DNA from: Eledone cirrhosa
Taxonomy: Eukaryota
Length of the DNA stretch: 64,000 nucleotides
Assembly (NCBI GenBank): GCA_964016885.1
Contig: OZ024740.1
Span: 307,830,001-307,894,000 of the forward strand
Reading direction: 5' to 3'
The notes beneath the pieces are model-generated. The model did not search any database. It was not told where the DNA came from and worked only from the letters and a program-made list of their open reading frames with translations. Made by a program: the position numbers and the translations under genes. Position 1 is the first letter of the stretch. Each line of letters begins with the position of its first letter. Shown piece after piece: positions 13,145-25,569 of the stretch.

Positions 13145-13533
13145 GCCTCTCAGGTCTCGAATAATTGACCCCCTCTCCCCAACTTATTAATTTTTCAGAT
13201 TTTTCCCACCCTCCACTTCCCACTCTTATCCTCCTGGCTTATTAAATTTTGCTAATCTATCTCTGGTGAAATGTTATTTTAAGTGGTAGCATTCCTGTGA
13301 CAATTTTCTTTTTACATAAAAAAACAGTATACATGACAAATAAATTACATTACAAGAATTCCTCTGTCATAAAATAAATAGGATGGGTTGGGATCTCAAA
13401 ATGTAAACTAAATGACTAATTCTGGTTTTTAAAAAAACATCAACAGAATCAACCTAGATAAATTACCGATTTTTAAAACCCCCATGCTTATTCCAACTCC
13501 CTCTTCCCCCTATTATTTGGGATCAGTGGGTAC
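13145..13533. mobile_element. non-autonomous TIR element (MITE)
   Basis: Ends CTCTCAGGTCTCGAATAAT / ATTATTTGGGATCAGTGG; related pieces at ~11300-11395 and, reversed, ~33480-33586. Confidence 0.5.
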
Positions 13534-13751
13534 ATTTTGGTTTACATACATGCATTTCATGATGACATCAGCACTAAGAAGGTTGTGTCATTGACACAGC
13601 TAAAGAGTCCCCTCAACACTAGTTTGACTGGCTTTCTATGGCTGGATGCCCTTCCTATCACTAACCACTTTACAGAATGTACTGGTTGCTTTTATCATGT
13701 AGATATGCCAATATATAAACACACACATGCATACACTATATATATATATAG

Positions 13752-14006
13752 CAAAGGAGGTGTGGTAAGGAACCAGGTGGACCATAACGCACCAGAGTAC
13801 TCAATACTTAGGGTAGTAGAGTGGGTAATAGTTTGCAATGGAATGATATGGACCCCAGTCCCTATCATCTCATTTCTACAGCTGAGTAAACTGGAGCAAT
13901 GTGAAATAAAGTGTCTTGCTCAAAGAAACAACACATCACCCGGTCTGAGAATTGAACTCACAACCTTTCAATTGCAAGGCCAATGCTCTAACCACTAACC
14001 CATGTG

Positions 14007-14009
<3 letters not shown>
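13752..14009 (-). mobile_element. family A SINE carrying the 3' tail of the 57371 fold-back element
   Basis: tRNA head + CORE (13832-14009) joined to an 80-bp tail (13752-13831) that matches 57371-57450 at 75/80 positions; (TA)n on both sides. Confidence 0.8.
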
Positions 14010-14100
<91 letters not shown>

Positions 14101-14134
14101 GATGATGATGATGATATATATATATATATATATA

Positions 14135-14492
14135 TGGAGGCACATGGGTTAGTGGCCTTGCAATTGAAAGGTTGTGAGTTCAATTCTTCAATTCTGTTTT
14201 TGTGCCTCTCCTTTGTTCTGTCCTATGCCAACAAAGAAAAGAATCCCCAGTCACTGAAGAGGTCACAGAATGTGTGACGAAAGAACTTTGACAATATATG
14301 AACAACCATCCTGTTGTGGAACCAACCAACCGGAAATTTATAAATTCTTAAATTTATAAATTTAATTTATAATAAATTGGAGTGAAAGCAACTGATGCGT
14401 GTGTTTCTTATTGGCAACATGACCCTCCCAAAGCATAACAATATCGGTTTCAACACACGTTTTCAGATAAAGAATCTTGCTAAACAAATTTC
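14135..14492 (+). mobile_element. family A SINE head fused to a Penelope-like pLTR remnant
   Basis: GGAGGCACATGGGTTAGTGG...GAGTTCAATTCT (14135-14188) is followed by sequence homologous to the 51770-52213 element, including its hammerhead and tail. Confidence 0.7.
14249..14293 (+). ncRNA. minimal type I hammerhead ribozyme motif
   Basis: AGTCA-CTGAAGA-GGTCACA gaatg TGTGAC-GAAA-G aa CTT-TGAC. Confidence 0.7.
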
Positions 14493-14966
14493 CATGTGTG
14501 TGTATATCACAGAAATGTTAACATGTCATGGAAGGTTATTGTAAGGAAAATATATGCATATTTTTATTATATAGGTATATTTGAGAAGTCAGCCACAACT
14601 AATTTTCTAATTGGTTATATGGCACCGAAAGATAGCAAATTTGACAGTGATGTTTGGTTTTGCATATGATGACTATATATCTCCTTATAATATATAACCA
14701 GCAATTTCTCTGTCTGTCTGTCCGACAGTGGAAACACGTGCGCGCGTGGTTGGTATCGCTCTCTCTCTCTCCAGCTATCCCTCTCTTTTAGTCTGTCTGT
14801 TTCTCTCACTCTCACTCTTTCTCTTTGTAACACACTAACATTCCTCCCCTCTATCGCTGTGACGAATGGGGAGATGGAGGAGGAGGAGGAGGAGAGAGTC
14901 ACTTCGTCACTTCACCTCTGCCTTTCTTTCTCTCCCCTCTCACTCCCTCATTACGTACAGACATTA

Positions 14967-15160
14967 GGGCGGTGGATTGGCAGAATCTGTAGAGAGTCGG
15001 ACACCATGCTTCATAGCATGGAGTTACGTCCCTTTACGGTCTGAGTTCAAATACCGCCGAGGTTAACTTTGCCTTTCATCCTCACGGGGTCGATAAAATA
15101 AAGTACCAGTAATGTACTGGGTAATTGCTGGCCTTGTGCCAAAAGTAGAAACAATTATTA
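14967..15160 (+). mobile_element. tRNA-derived SINE family B, full length
   Basis: GGGCGGTGGATTGGCAGAATC ... GAGTTCAAATACC ... AAGTAGAAACAATTATTA. Confidence 0.85.
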
Positions 15161-15368
15161 GAAACATTGCTTCATTTTTACATATCTAAGCATTAGTAAA
15201 ATAACTAATAATTTCAAAAGTAATTTTTCAATTCCAATTGTTATGAACAGCAAAACATTAATAATAATTTTGTTCTAAGAAATATATATACATTTCTGTG
15301 TGTGTAATATATATATATATACACACACAGAAATATATATACATTTCTGTGTGTGTAATATATATATA

Positions 15369-16990
15369 CAGTGCCCCGCAAAAGTTTACAACACATTAGG
15401 AAAAATGCGGTTTTAGGTATTTTTAATAAAGTTAGGGTAATGAAAATTTAACTACTGATAGAACATATAATGAGGTATTTAATGATACAATCATATTTTT
15501 TTTAAAGTAACAAAGAAATAACTCATGAAGAAAAATCAATATTTTTATAACTCAAAAATTTACAACACATTTTATATTTATCGCTTTTTTTCAAGAAAAT
15601 TCTTAAATTTTCAGATTTAAAATTCAGTAGAATGTTCTAGATTAGGTTTAAGGTAACTTCTAAGGACTATTAAAAACATTACGTCATTATTTGTCTGACA
15701 ACCATCCTGTAAACATTGACAACCATCCTGTAAACATTGACAATATGGGGAAAAATAAACTGATTGACCAAGACCTCCGTAAACGCATTGTAGACCTTCA
15801 TACAAATGGTGTTGGTTATAGAAAGATATCTTGTCAGTTAAATGTGCCATTGAGTTCAGTTGGTACTATAATTCGTCACTGGAAATCTCATCATTCCATC
15901 TGTCCTCTAATTAGTTCTGGTCGTCCTAGAAAGATAACGGAACGTGCAGCTCGGTTATTGATGAGAAAGAACCCCTGATGGCAACGAACCCCGGTGTACT
16001 CTTTAAAATCTTCAGGATGACCTAGAAGAAAGTGGAGTAAAAGTGAGCACAGATACAATTAGTCGTTCACTACGTCGATATAATATCTCCTCGAGGTCTC
16101 CAAGGAAAACACCACTTCTTACGAGGAAACACGTTCTTCGTCGATTAAACTTTGCAAATGATCTCATCAAACCTGCGTCATTTTGGGAAGACGTACTTTA
16201 GTCGGACGAAACAAAAATTGAACTTTTTGGTCGAAATGCTGTGGCAAAAGTCTGGAGAAAGTAAAGTACTGAATATTCGCCGAAGAATACTATTCCAACT
16301 GTAACATTTGGAGGTGGATTAATCATGGTCTGGGGTTGCTTTAGTGCCACAGGTGTAGGAAATATTGAAATAATAGAAGGAAGAATGGGTGGCGCTTATT
16401 ATAGAGGTATTTTGCAAAGGAATTTATATCAAAGTGCACATTCTCTCAGCTTAAAGCCAGGTTGGTTTTTTTCAACAAGATAACGATCCAAAGCATACTG
16501 CAAAGCTAACACAATCTTGGTTAAGTACGAATGGAATAAATGTTCTAAAATGGCCAAGTCAGTCTCCAGATCTTAACCCGATCGAAAATTTGTGGAGAGA
16601 ACTGAAACTCAGAATTCAAAAAAGGAAACCCCAAAATATCCCTGAACTAAAGAAAATTTGTTGTGAAGAATAGAAAAATATTAGCCAAGAAACATGCAAG
16701 AAGTTTGTAGGAGGCTACTCCAAACGCCTACAGGCTATAATTAGCAACAAAAGTTACGCTACGAAATATTAAGAGATGATTTAATAAATGTGTTGTAAAC
16801 TTTTGCGTTATAAAAATATTGATTTTTCTTAATGAGTTATTTCCTTGTTATTTTTTTAAAAAATATGATTGTATCATTAAATGCCTCATTATATGTTCTA
16901 TCAGTAGTTAAATTTTCATTACCCTAACTTTATTAAAAATACCTAAAACCACACTTTTCCTAATGTGTTGTAAACTTTTGCGGGGCACTG
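15369..16990 (+). mobile_element. full-length Tc1 DNA transposon with IR/DR-type long TIRs
   Basis: TA-CAGTGCCCCGCAAAAGTTTACAACACATT ... AATGTGTTGTAAACTTTTGCGGGGCACTG-TA; ~205-bp TIRs, each with outer and inner AAAA(G/A)TTTACAACACATT direct repeats. Confidence 0.95.
15745..16772 (+). pseudogene. Tc1 DD34E transposase, disrupted
   Basis: MGKNKLIDQDLRKRIVDLH...SGRPRK; SDETKIELF; FQQDNDPKH-...[15 protein letters not shown] with 34 residues between D and E; ends ATKY*. Has several stops and frameshifts. Confidence 0.9.
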
Positions 16991-17038
16991 TATATATATA
17001 TATACACACACAGAAATATATATACATTTCTGTGTGTG

Positions 17039-17089
<51 letters not shown>

Positions 17090-17622
17090 GAAATATATGG
17101 GCATTTCTCTGTTTGTCTGTCTGTCTGTCTGTCCTTCCCTAAAACTCAAATGTAGGTGCTACAGAAATATTACCTTCCCCTTCCTTTCTCCACTTTGGTA
17201 CTACCAAGAGAAACACTGTCGCTATAGAAACATTACCTTCCCCTCTCCAGTGACTTTGGTCACTGAGGCCGAGGGAATCGCTGGTTGCTATAGAGACACC
17301 TTGCACAAGCCAGAAGTAACCAGTTCGAGGCGGTTCTGACTTGACACCATGCCAAGGACCATTTGAAGATATATTTCCATCGTTATATCATAACGTTTAT
17401 ATTTCCGTCACTAATCTCTTTTTCTCCGTTTTCGTTTTAACATATATTTATTTCAAAGATTTCACCGTATAGATAACATATATATTTATACATGCATAAA
17501 GGACACACCGAGAGACGGTGAACATGTGGTGCCGAAAACATTTCTCATCCAAATCTCAACAATATCAGTATATACACTAGATTTGCTAGCAGAAAACCGC
17601 CCACCGGGTGGTTTTCTGCTAG

Positions 17623-17900
17623 TCTATATATATAAAACTGATGTTGTCTGTGTGTCCTCATTTTTGCAAAGTCTATACAAATCCACATTTCTAATCCGAT
17701 TGACTTCAAATTTACATTTATATATTCCTTGCGGTCTAAAGATTTTAACTGCCGCTTTTTTTTTCAATTTTCTGTTGTTAAAGGGTGTTAGGCGCCGGTT
17801 ATCCATCTCCATCGCGCTCTTATAATATCTGTCTGTATGCCTGGCTGTCTGCATAACGTCATTCTGACATATTATCTTCGCTACATTCACACACAGACAC
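17623..17900 (+). mobile_element. Helitron-like 5' end
   Basis: TCTATATATATAAAACTGATGTTGTCTGTGTGTC begins directly after a CTAG 3' terminus; similar start at 39645 and 42635. Confidence 0.5.
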
Positions 17901-18676
17901 GCGCGCGCACGCGCACACACACACATGCACGCGCAAACGCACACGCACATATATATATATACATATATACTTATATATACATATATATACACATATATAC
18001 ATATACACACACATATATACACATATACATATATATATATATATACATATACAAACACATATACACATATATAGATATACGCATATACACATAAAAATAT
18101 ATGTATATATATACACACACACACACACACATATATAATTATATATATTGACTGCTATTTCTTGTAAATAAACATTCACTTACATCCTGACGTCACTAGC
18201 CCCGTTTTTTCCCCCCATGTGCTTTTTCATAACTACACATGATGGCGAACTAGCCAGTTTTAGAATTCCCTTTTTCGGATTATAATACTGTGAGAGCCCT
18301 GGTTTTCTGTTGAGCTCTGCTGATGAATGAAATCCAACCGTGACCATCTCCACTGAAAGTTTTCATGAAATAGTCTTTTAAGACTATACAGAGCATTTGA
18401 TGTTATTCCAAATTGAAGGATAAGTGTTTTAAACTTTATTTTATCATGAGTTAAAGGTCTATTGATTTTTCCCTGGATTGCACTAAATTCTGTGGATGAA
18501 TTTATATCCTGATTCTCTTTTGAGATGAGTTTGAATTATTTTTCCTAAATCTTACGTTAACTACTTTTCTCATCTTGACGTTATAGTCGCATATATGTTA
18601 TAGAATGCTGTTAGCTTCTCGCTAAAACAATCTCTATACCTCTCATTTATATAATTATATATATATATATATATAT

Positions 18677-18845
18677 CATCATCATCATCATCATCATCGT
18701 TTAACGTCCATCTTCCACGCTTGCATGGGTTTGGACGGGAATTTTCCCATTTGAGGCAAGATTGGTTGTCTTGCTCGTATAGGACTGTCTGGCGGGTTTT
18801 CTACGACTGGATGCCCTTCCTATCACCAACCACGTTTACAGTGTG
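18677..18845 (-). mobile_element. RTE 3' terminal fragment
   Basis: (CAT)n + CGTTTAACGTCC...GCTTGCATGGGTTTGGACG matches the 3' end of the 53288 element; lies in (TA)n. Confidence 0.85.
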
Positions 18846-18931
18846 GTATATATATATATATATCAATATATATATATATATATATATATACATACATACA
18901 TACACACACACATATATATATATATATGCAT

Positions 18932-18964
<33 letters not shown>

Positions 18965-18966
<2 letters not shown>

Positions 18967-19230
18967 GCAATGCAACAAAAATCATAACTTCTGGAGTTCG
19001 CAACCGATTTTTACAAAACTTGACACATGGGCTACATTTGTCCTACAGATGAATGTGAACTCTCAGAATTGGCACATATTGAGTAGGGACTGCTGGGGGC
19101 AGGAACCCCCTTTTGGAAAAAGCCGATGATTTTGTAAAAGTATAGTTTTCGAAGCAGCACTGAAGTATTGACATAAATGGTATACATAACTGCTATTTAA
19201 TACCCGAGCAACGCCGGGTACCTCTGCTAG
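18965..19230 (+). mobile_element. Helitron 3' end
   Basis: Hairpin ACCCGAGCAACGCCGGGT followed by ACCTCTGCTAG|T, a canonical Helitron terminus. Confidence 0.7.
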
Positions 19231-19423
19231 TATATTATAAAGAGACAGGACCTGACAGCTGTGCTCTTGTCGTTTCAACAGCTAGTTCCAGATTGTAACT
19301 AGCTGTTGAAATGGCAAGAACGCAGGTCCGACTCTTTATAATATAGCCATACTCTACAACCACAAGTATGAAGTACTCTGTTGAGTAATGGTCTAACTAG
19401 TTTTAAACTGGTTCTATCCTGAT
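19231..19423 (+). mobile_element. fold-back element (Penelope-like pLTR remnant)
   Basis: Inverted arms 19231-19287 / 19297-19345, then a tail ACTCTACAACCACAAGTATGAAGTACTCTGTTGAGTAATGGTC similar to the 57371 tail. Confidence 0.65.
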
Positions 19424-19473
<50 letters not shown>

Positions 19474-19554
19474 AAAAAGTAAACAGAAATAACAAAGCAA
19501 ATGACACAGTACATTGAAGAAATAGATTAGTTTAGCACTTGAAATAGCAGGAAA

Positions 19555-19600
19555 AGGGTCATAACGTTTCGGACACTAGTCCTTCATCAGAAAATAGAAT
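19555..19600 (-). ncRNA. minimal hammerhead ribozyme motif in a Penelope-like pLTR remnant (~19475-19880)
   Basis: Minus strand CTGATGA-AGGAC tagt GTCC-GAAACGTTA; stem I is weak; homologous to 32551-32600. Confidence 0.6.
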
Positions 19601-20387
19601 TAGAAATGAAATCTAAAATAGAAAGATAAAGAGTGAGAAGAGGAAGGAATGGAAAAAAAAGGGGGAAAAGAACTCATGGTTGTATACAGTCAGCCATTTT
19701 GGATAAATATATATACATAGAGGAACCTCTGAACTCTCATTGATGAAGGTAAATACGGATATCAAGAGGGATGGAACCAGGATTTGAAGGGGTGCCAGAA
19801 TAAATGCTGGAAAGCATTTTAATCCGAAACAATGATGGTCCCAGCACATCACCCCATACAAAAACAATCCCACATGCACACACACGAATGGTGAATATTA
19901 GTATGAATGGTTAGCATCTCTATATTAATGTTTATAGCAATTGCCTGCAAGTACGAATTACCATATGCAAAACCACATAACATTGCCAAATACACCATCA
20001 TTAAGATAGTGTGTTTGCACTTTTGTATTGCCCATGGGGTGGCTGATGAAGAAGATAGATACTTTTGTTCATTCGTCTCACGTATTTCATTTTTTTTTTC
20101 CATGTAGAACTTTGCTATATAATAATTAATTAACTGACATATTCAGACAACATGAGTAGATTAGTTGCAAATAAGTTTACATGCATACATTTGATAAACA
20201 TATTTAGTCTTACTGTACAAATAGACCCTGTGGTAAAATAAAAAATTGAAGAAAAATCCAACTAGATTTTCCTATTTATTATTAACTCACCAGAAGCATT
20301 TACTTTATTCTACAGAGAGAAAGACATAGTGGATATCAATTACTAATGAACAATACAAGTAATAGGCAATGTAAACAGCTTTATGTT

Positions 20388-20740
20388 TCATCATCATCAC
20401 TGTTTAGCGTCTATTTTCCATGCTAGCATGGGTTAGACGAGTTGTCATGTTGTGAGATAGGCTAGGTCAGGTGACTATGTCTTGTTCATACAGAACTGAT
20501 TTGGGCTTGGTTTCTACAGTTGGATGCCCTTCCTAACACCAACCACATTTACAGTGTGGGCTGGGTACTTTTTGTCATGACACATACATGACCACTTTAC
20601 AGTGTGGGCTGGGTCCTTTTTGTTGTACCACTTTCACAACCACATTTACAGTGAATACTGGGTGCTTTTTGTTGTGTTGCCATCACGACCACTTTACAGT
20701 GTGGGCTGGAGGCTTCACTGGATGTATACTTCAGCTTGTC
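20388..20740 (-). mobile_element. RTE-type 3' UTR with 48-bp module repeats
   Basis: (CAT)n tail, GGATGCCCTTCCTAACACCAACC and 3-4 TTTACAGTGTGGGCTGGG modules. Confidence 0.7.
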
Positions 20741-20869
20741 CTCATCGGAGATGTATGTGAGTGGTGCATACTATACAAGTGTTTCAGCTTCAGCCCGTGC
20801 CGTGGGAAGTTGGGTCTTCTGTATTACTGTGTAATGGCAGAGATCTTGGTCCTGTGTCATTGCCTTTAA

Positions 20870-22640
20870 GAATACTGAATTGAAAATAGTGAGTTTGGGT
20901 TTTACACCCTTCTAATTACCGAATGCTGAAGCTGGTACATTACTGTACCAACTCCTGCAATTCTTGCACTTAATTCAGCTTCCTGCCTTCCATCACTCGT
21001 GAAAATGGCCCCAAGATACTTGAACTTCTCTACCTGCTTCAGTGGAACTTCACTCACATGTAGAGTGTACTGCGCTACCTCGAGAAGATGAGTGTCTCAG
21101 TCTTCGCAGTACTAATTTTCATTCCAGCCATGCAGCACTTGGCATCAAACCTATCAAGTGCAAGTCAGAGATCACCTTCTAACAAGTTAAGTAATACCAT
21201 GTCATCTGCAAATTCCAGCTAACTGATCCCACACTCACCAGTCGTGATACCGCTTTCAACTTGGGTGGGCATATCAAACCAGTTCATGAAGATTATTAAC
21301 AAGAGATATGATAGTACGTACCTTTGGCAGAGTCTGACACCCACATTGAATGGTTTAATTTAGCACCATTTATCCAAATACAAATACCACAGTATTTGTA
21401 TAGAAACAAGAAGTTGTCCACCAATCCCATACTCTCACAGAACCTTCCCCAACAGGTCCTGTAGAATGCAGCCATATTTTTTTTAACTCTACCAAGAAAG
21501 CATACACCTCTTGGCAGTACTCCCATGATTTCTCAAAAACCTACTGCAGTGAGAATATTCAGTCAGCTCTGCTGTGTCCAAGGCAAAAACCATACTGTTT
21601 ATCAACTAGCTAGGAATTGGCAATATTCCTACATCTCTTTGCAAGACACTTAGCTCAGAATTTACCAGGGATGCTTAACAAGTAGATTCCTGTATAATTG
21701 GAGCAATCTCTCTTGTCATTTTTGAAAATTGGGATTATCCCTCCTGATTGCCATAGCTTAGGTGCCTTTCCAGAGGACAAACCCACCCTGCACAGACGAG
21801 TCAGATAGAGAATACCGTCTCTGTTTAAGGCTTCTAACATCTCAGCCTGAATTACATCCATCCCAGCAACCTTGCCACATTTGAGCTCTTTAATTGCTCT
21901 TGTGACCTCAGCCTCCATGAGGCTACTCATCTCTCCCAGATACACCTTGTGTACATCAGAAGATGGTGTTGTCACCAGGTTTATTAGATCAGCAAAGTAT
22001 TCTGTCTACTTTGCAAGGATGCACCTCTTTGCTGAAAAGAGAATCCCAGACCCTGTGAAGGGTGGCCTGGATCTCGGGAAAGACATCTAAGCAATAGCAA
22101 TCAGGAGTATCAATTTCCAAAGTCCTCACATGTCTTAAATTTGGACGCCCTTATTGTCTCTGCTGTGATTTTTCATGCCTCCTTGTGCCGGAAGTGCAAG
22201 AAAGAGGACTTATTTATAAGCCAAGTTTTGTAGGCTTCCTTCTTTGTTCGGATGGCAGCTTTGACTTCTTGATTGAACCAAGGGGTCCTCCTGCCATACC
22301 AAACCCTTTTTTCTCACAGCATTTAACAGTTGAAGCAGAAACTGCTGATTTAAACAGTCTCCACTCTACTCAACGTCCTCAGTTTGCTCAGGGAGTTTTC
22401 TGAATTTGGATGCAATAGTATCTGCTTACCTAGTCCTGACTTTCTTATCCACAAATGCTTCCCACTTTATCCTGTAAGTCGACCTAGACCTGCCTGTTTT
22501 GTGGGCTTCTTTGGCTTTAGGTAGTCTCAAGCTGCAGATAACTTAATTATTAATCACTGTCCCTGTGTATCTATTGATGCCTTTGTGGTGGAAGAAGGTG
22601 TTCAAAATAGAGAGCCCATTACTAGAACAAAAGTCTAATA
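20870..22640 (-). mobile_element. decayed RTE-clade LINE (second family)
   Basis: ORF 21655..21975 EVTRAIKELKCGKVAGMDVIQAEMLEAL...IIPIFK..DCSNYTGIYLLSIPGK; FADD-like site near 21205; homologous to 9300-9960. Confidence 0.75.
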
Positions 22641-23160
22641 AGGCTGGTAGCATCTAGCTTTCTCCACTACTTCTTGATCGTTACCTGTAGGGTTGTGATG
22701 TTCCAGGTTCCAATTTTACAGTTTCCTCCGTTCTAAACCCACTTTTGGGCCTCCAGATTTTTGCATTCATCCCACACCTCCCAGAACAGGTTGCAGGTGC
22801 ATCACCAGTTTTTACAGCATGCAATGGAGACTGCAATTTATATTTTCAAACAGGCTCCTCTAAGAACTAAATGTGTCCCTCGTTAACCCGTACAAAGGAT
22901 GATGTGGTATGACTGCCTTTTTTGTGTATAACAATATAGCCATGTTCTTGGTCTTATTCATGCCAGTAACCAAGCTGGTACTTTTCTCAGACACACAAAT
23001 TTGTGAAATAATCACTCCAGATATTTTAGCAACTTATTTACATATAATTTGAAGTTGGTGAAAATCAGCAAAATATTGAATCTCGAATATAAGACCCACA
23101 CCCACCTTTTACTATTGTTTTTTTTTTCTTTTGAATATGTATATATATATATATATATAT

Positions 23161-23432
23161 AAATAAATATACACGGGTGTGTATGATTGTGTATAGAAGA
23201 TTGTACTAATAAAAGGAATTCCAACTTTGTCTGATTTATTCGTTTTATTTACAATCCTTTAAAATTTATAATGGTATTAGAATGAAATAATATGGTAGAA
23301 TATTAAATGTTAAGTGTTAATTGAACACTTAATATTTAATATTCTACCATACTATTTCATTCTAATACCATTATAAATTTTAAAGGATTGTAAATAAAAC
23401 GAATAAATCAGACAAAGTTGGAATTCCTTTTA

Positions 23433-23435
<3 letters not shown>
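23161..23435 (-). mobile_element. fold-back element in (TA)n
   Basis: Near-perfect palindrome 23207-23435 (~112-bp arms) with a unique 46-bp tail on the left; no hammerhead core seen. Confidence 0.7.
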
Positions 23436-23474
<39 letters not shown>

Positions 23475-24088
23475 TAATTCAGCGAGAATCGTATTTCGGC
23501 TGGTAGCAAAAGCGAAACGAAACGCAAAATCGTAGAAATGCTGGCAAGCGCTCAATAGTTAAAAAACTAGAGTAAACAATAAGTTAAAACGCCATATAAA
23601 CTGAAAAAGTGTTAAGAAGGCATTAACCACATAAGCCAAAAAGCAAATCAAGCTAAACAGGTCAAGCAAAATAAATGATAAAAACCGACTTGGACCCAAA
23701 TGGAATTGGTGGTAAAATCCAAATGTAGGGTTTCTATGACACCTAAATCAATAATACTGTCTGCTTAAAACTATAAGCTTTCAGCTTAAAGATCGAACAA
23801 GGTATATCACATTATCAACAGGTAATTTTGCTCTGTAACCAATTTTGCGAGTGACGCAGAAGTTAGTAAACGCACATGCGTAAGTCACAAGGGGAAATTC
23901 CCCATATTTTGGCAAATGAATTCAGTATGTGTATATCATACAAAAAATTGCATAGATAGCACAAATCGAATAAGCACTCAACCGGGTAGTTTTTAAAATA
24001 AACTTATGCAATTAATCTGTCAATAGAATTATTAACAGGTTAATTGTAAGACTCGGGAGATTAATACATTAATATATATATATATGTA

Positions 24089-24157
<69 letters not shown>

Positions 24158-24220
24158 GTATATATTTATGAAATCAGTAGCATCAATATCATTAAACATC
24201 TGCCTTACTACCTGGGTTGG

Positions 24221-24253
<33 letters not shown>

Positions 24254-24680
24254 TGCATATATATATACACATTCCATTCAGAGACAGATAGTAGTATATC
24301 TATCTCTCTATTTGCATATTTGGACCTATGCACACACATACGCTTTTTTTTTATGATATGTCTATTGTGTCCCTGCATGTCATGAGATACAACTAAAGTA
24401 TTGTCATCAGGAAGGGCATCTGTCTGTAAAAATACTGTCAAAAATTATGTAAAAATGACAATGATGATATATAAACAACTGGACACATAAACATACACAC
24501 AGAATATTATTTATTTTCTCACAAATGTGTGTGTTTAAACATAAAATAAAAATTCACAGCAATTTTAATTTTCTTGCTTAGAAAAGAATAAAATGCCCCA
24601 AAATATACAAATAGATGCAAAACAAGATTAATCTTAAATTTACAAATTGTAAGCAATGAGAACAAGTTTGGAAGGTTTCA

Positions 24681-24873
24681 TTAACCTTTTAGCATTTAAA
24701 CCGGCCATGTCTGGCTAGAGTTCTCACCTCTTTCTGTTAAGGTATTGTTCTCAAAATAAATAACATCAAAATCTCGTAGAAATACATATTATGTGAGATA
24801 ATTATGTAAGATAAATCCTTTACCACAAAAATACAATAGTATATATAGAGTAATGTAAATGCTAAAGGGTTAA
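24681..24873. mobile_element. piggyBac-like MITE
   Basis: TTAA-CCTTTTAGCATTTA ... TAAATGCTAAAGGG-TTAA; reverse copy at 59016-59237. Confidence 0.8.
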
Positions 24874-25569
24874 TTTAGATTATTTTTTTGTTTGTGTACA
24901 CACACACATGCACACTTACACACAGACAGACACACACATACACACATACAGACACACACAGACACATAAATAAATAAAAAGACATAATGAAATATATTCA
25001 ATTAAACAATTTGAGTTTCAAAATTTTGAATTTATGAGGGAAATTGTTTCTTTATCATGTTTATTGATTTTTCTGGAGATTCTGAGAAGTTCACTTGAGG
25101 TGTAATGTGCAATAGAAAATACAGGAGAAATATTGTCAATTAACATCACGAAAATAGCAATTTTACACGTATACTGTTTAGAAAGTTTAGGGGACTTCAT
25201 TCTTTGGCAACCATTAACTCACCACTGACCATACTGGGGCTTTCTCTATAGGATTCTTCTTCTTTTTTTTTTTTGTTTTCGAGTTTGTTGCAAAACCAAC
25301 TGGCAAGAAACTTAGTGGTAGATGCTGAGCAAGATGGTTGGATTAACATCCATGAACTTGGCTGGTCTTGCTGAGGGATCCAGCCAGATCAGTTGCAGAC
25401 AGTTGTTTCTGACAGGACCTGCTGGAAGGAGTGTTTGAAGAGTCTGCTGCCACGACCCTCTCAGGAATAAGTGGGCAGAGGAGGAGGCGGAGGAGAAAAA
25501 GAAGAGTTTCTTGAAATTTCATTTGAAAAAAACCCCAAAACAATTTCTATTCATTTCTTTATGAAGAGA

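Larger units (their letters stand above)
14680..17622 (+). mobile_element. Helitron-like non-autonomous element(s) with nested SINE and Tc1
   Basis: 5' TC + TATAAT + (GTCT)n start; second (GTCT)n block at ~17110; 3' end is a GC hairpin followed by TTTTCTGCTAG. May be more than one element. Confidence 0.4.

Noticed and set aside
18318-18335. Hammerhead core CTGATGAATGAAA
   Set aside because: No stem II, and no convincing stems I or III.
23470-24070. Unique 600-bp segment between (TA)n tracts, possibly another Penelope-like remnant
   Set aside because: Only a faint DLGVIETLHL resemblance; no hammerhead or fold-back found.
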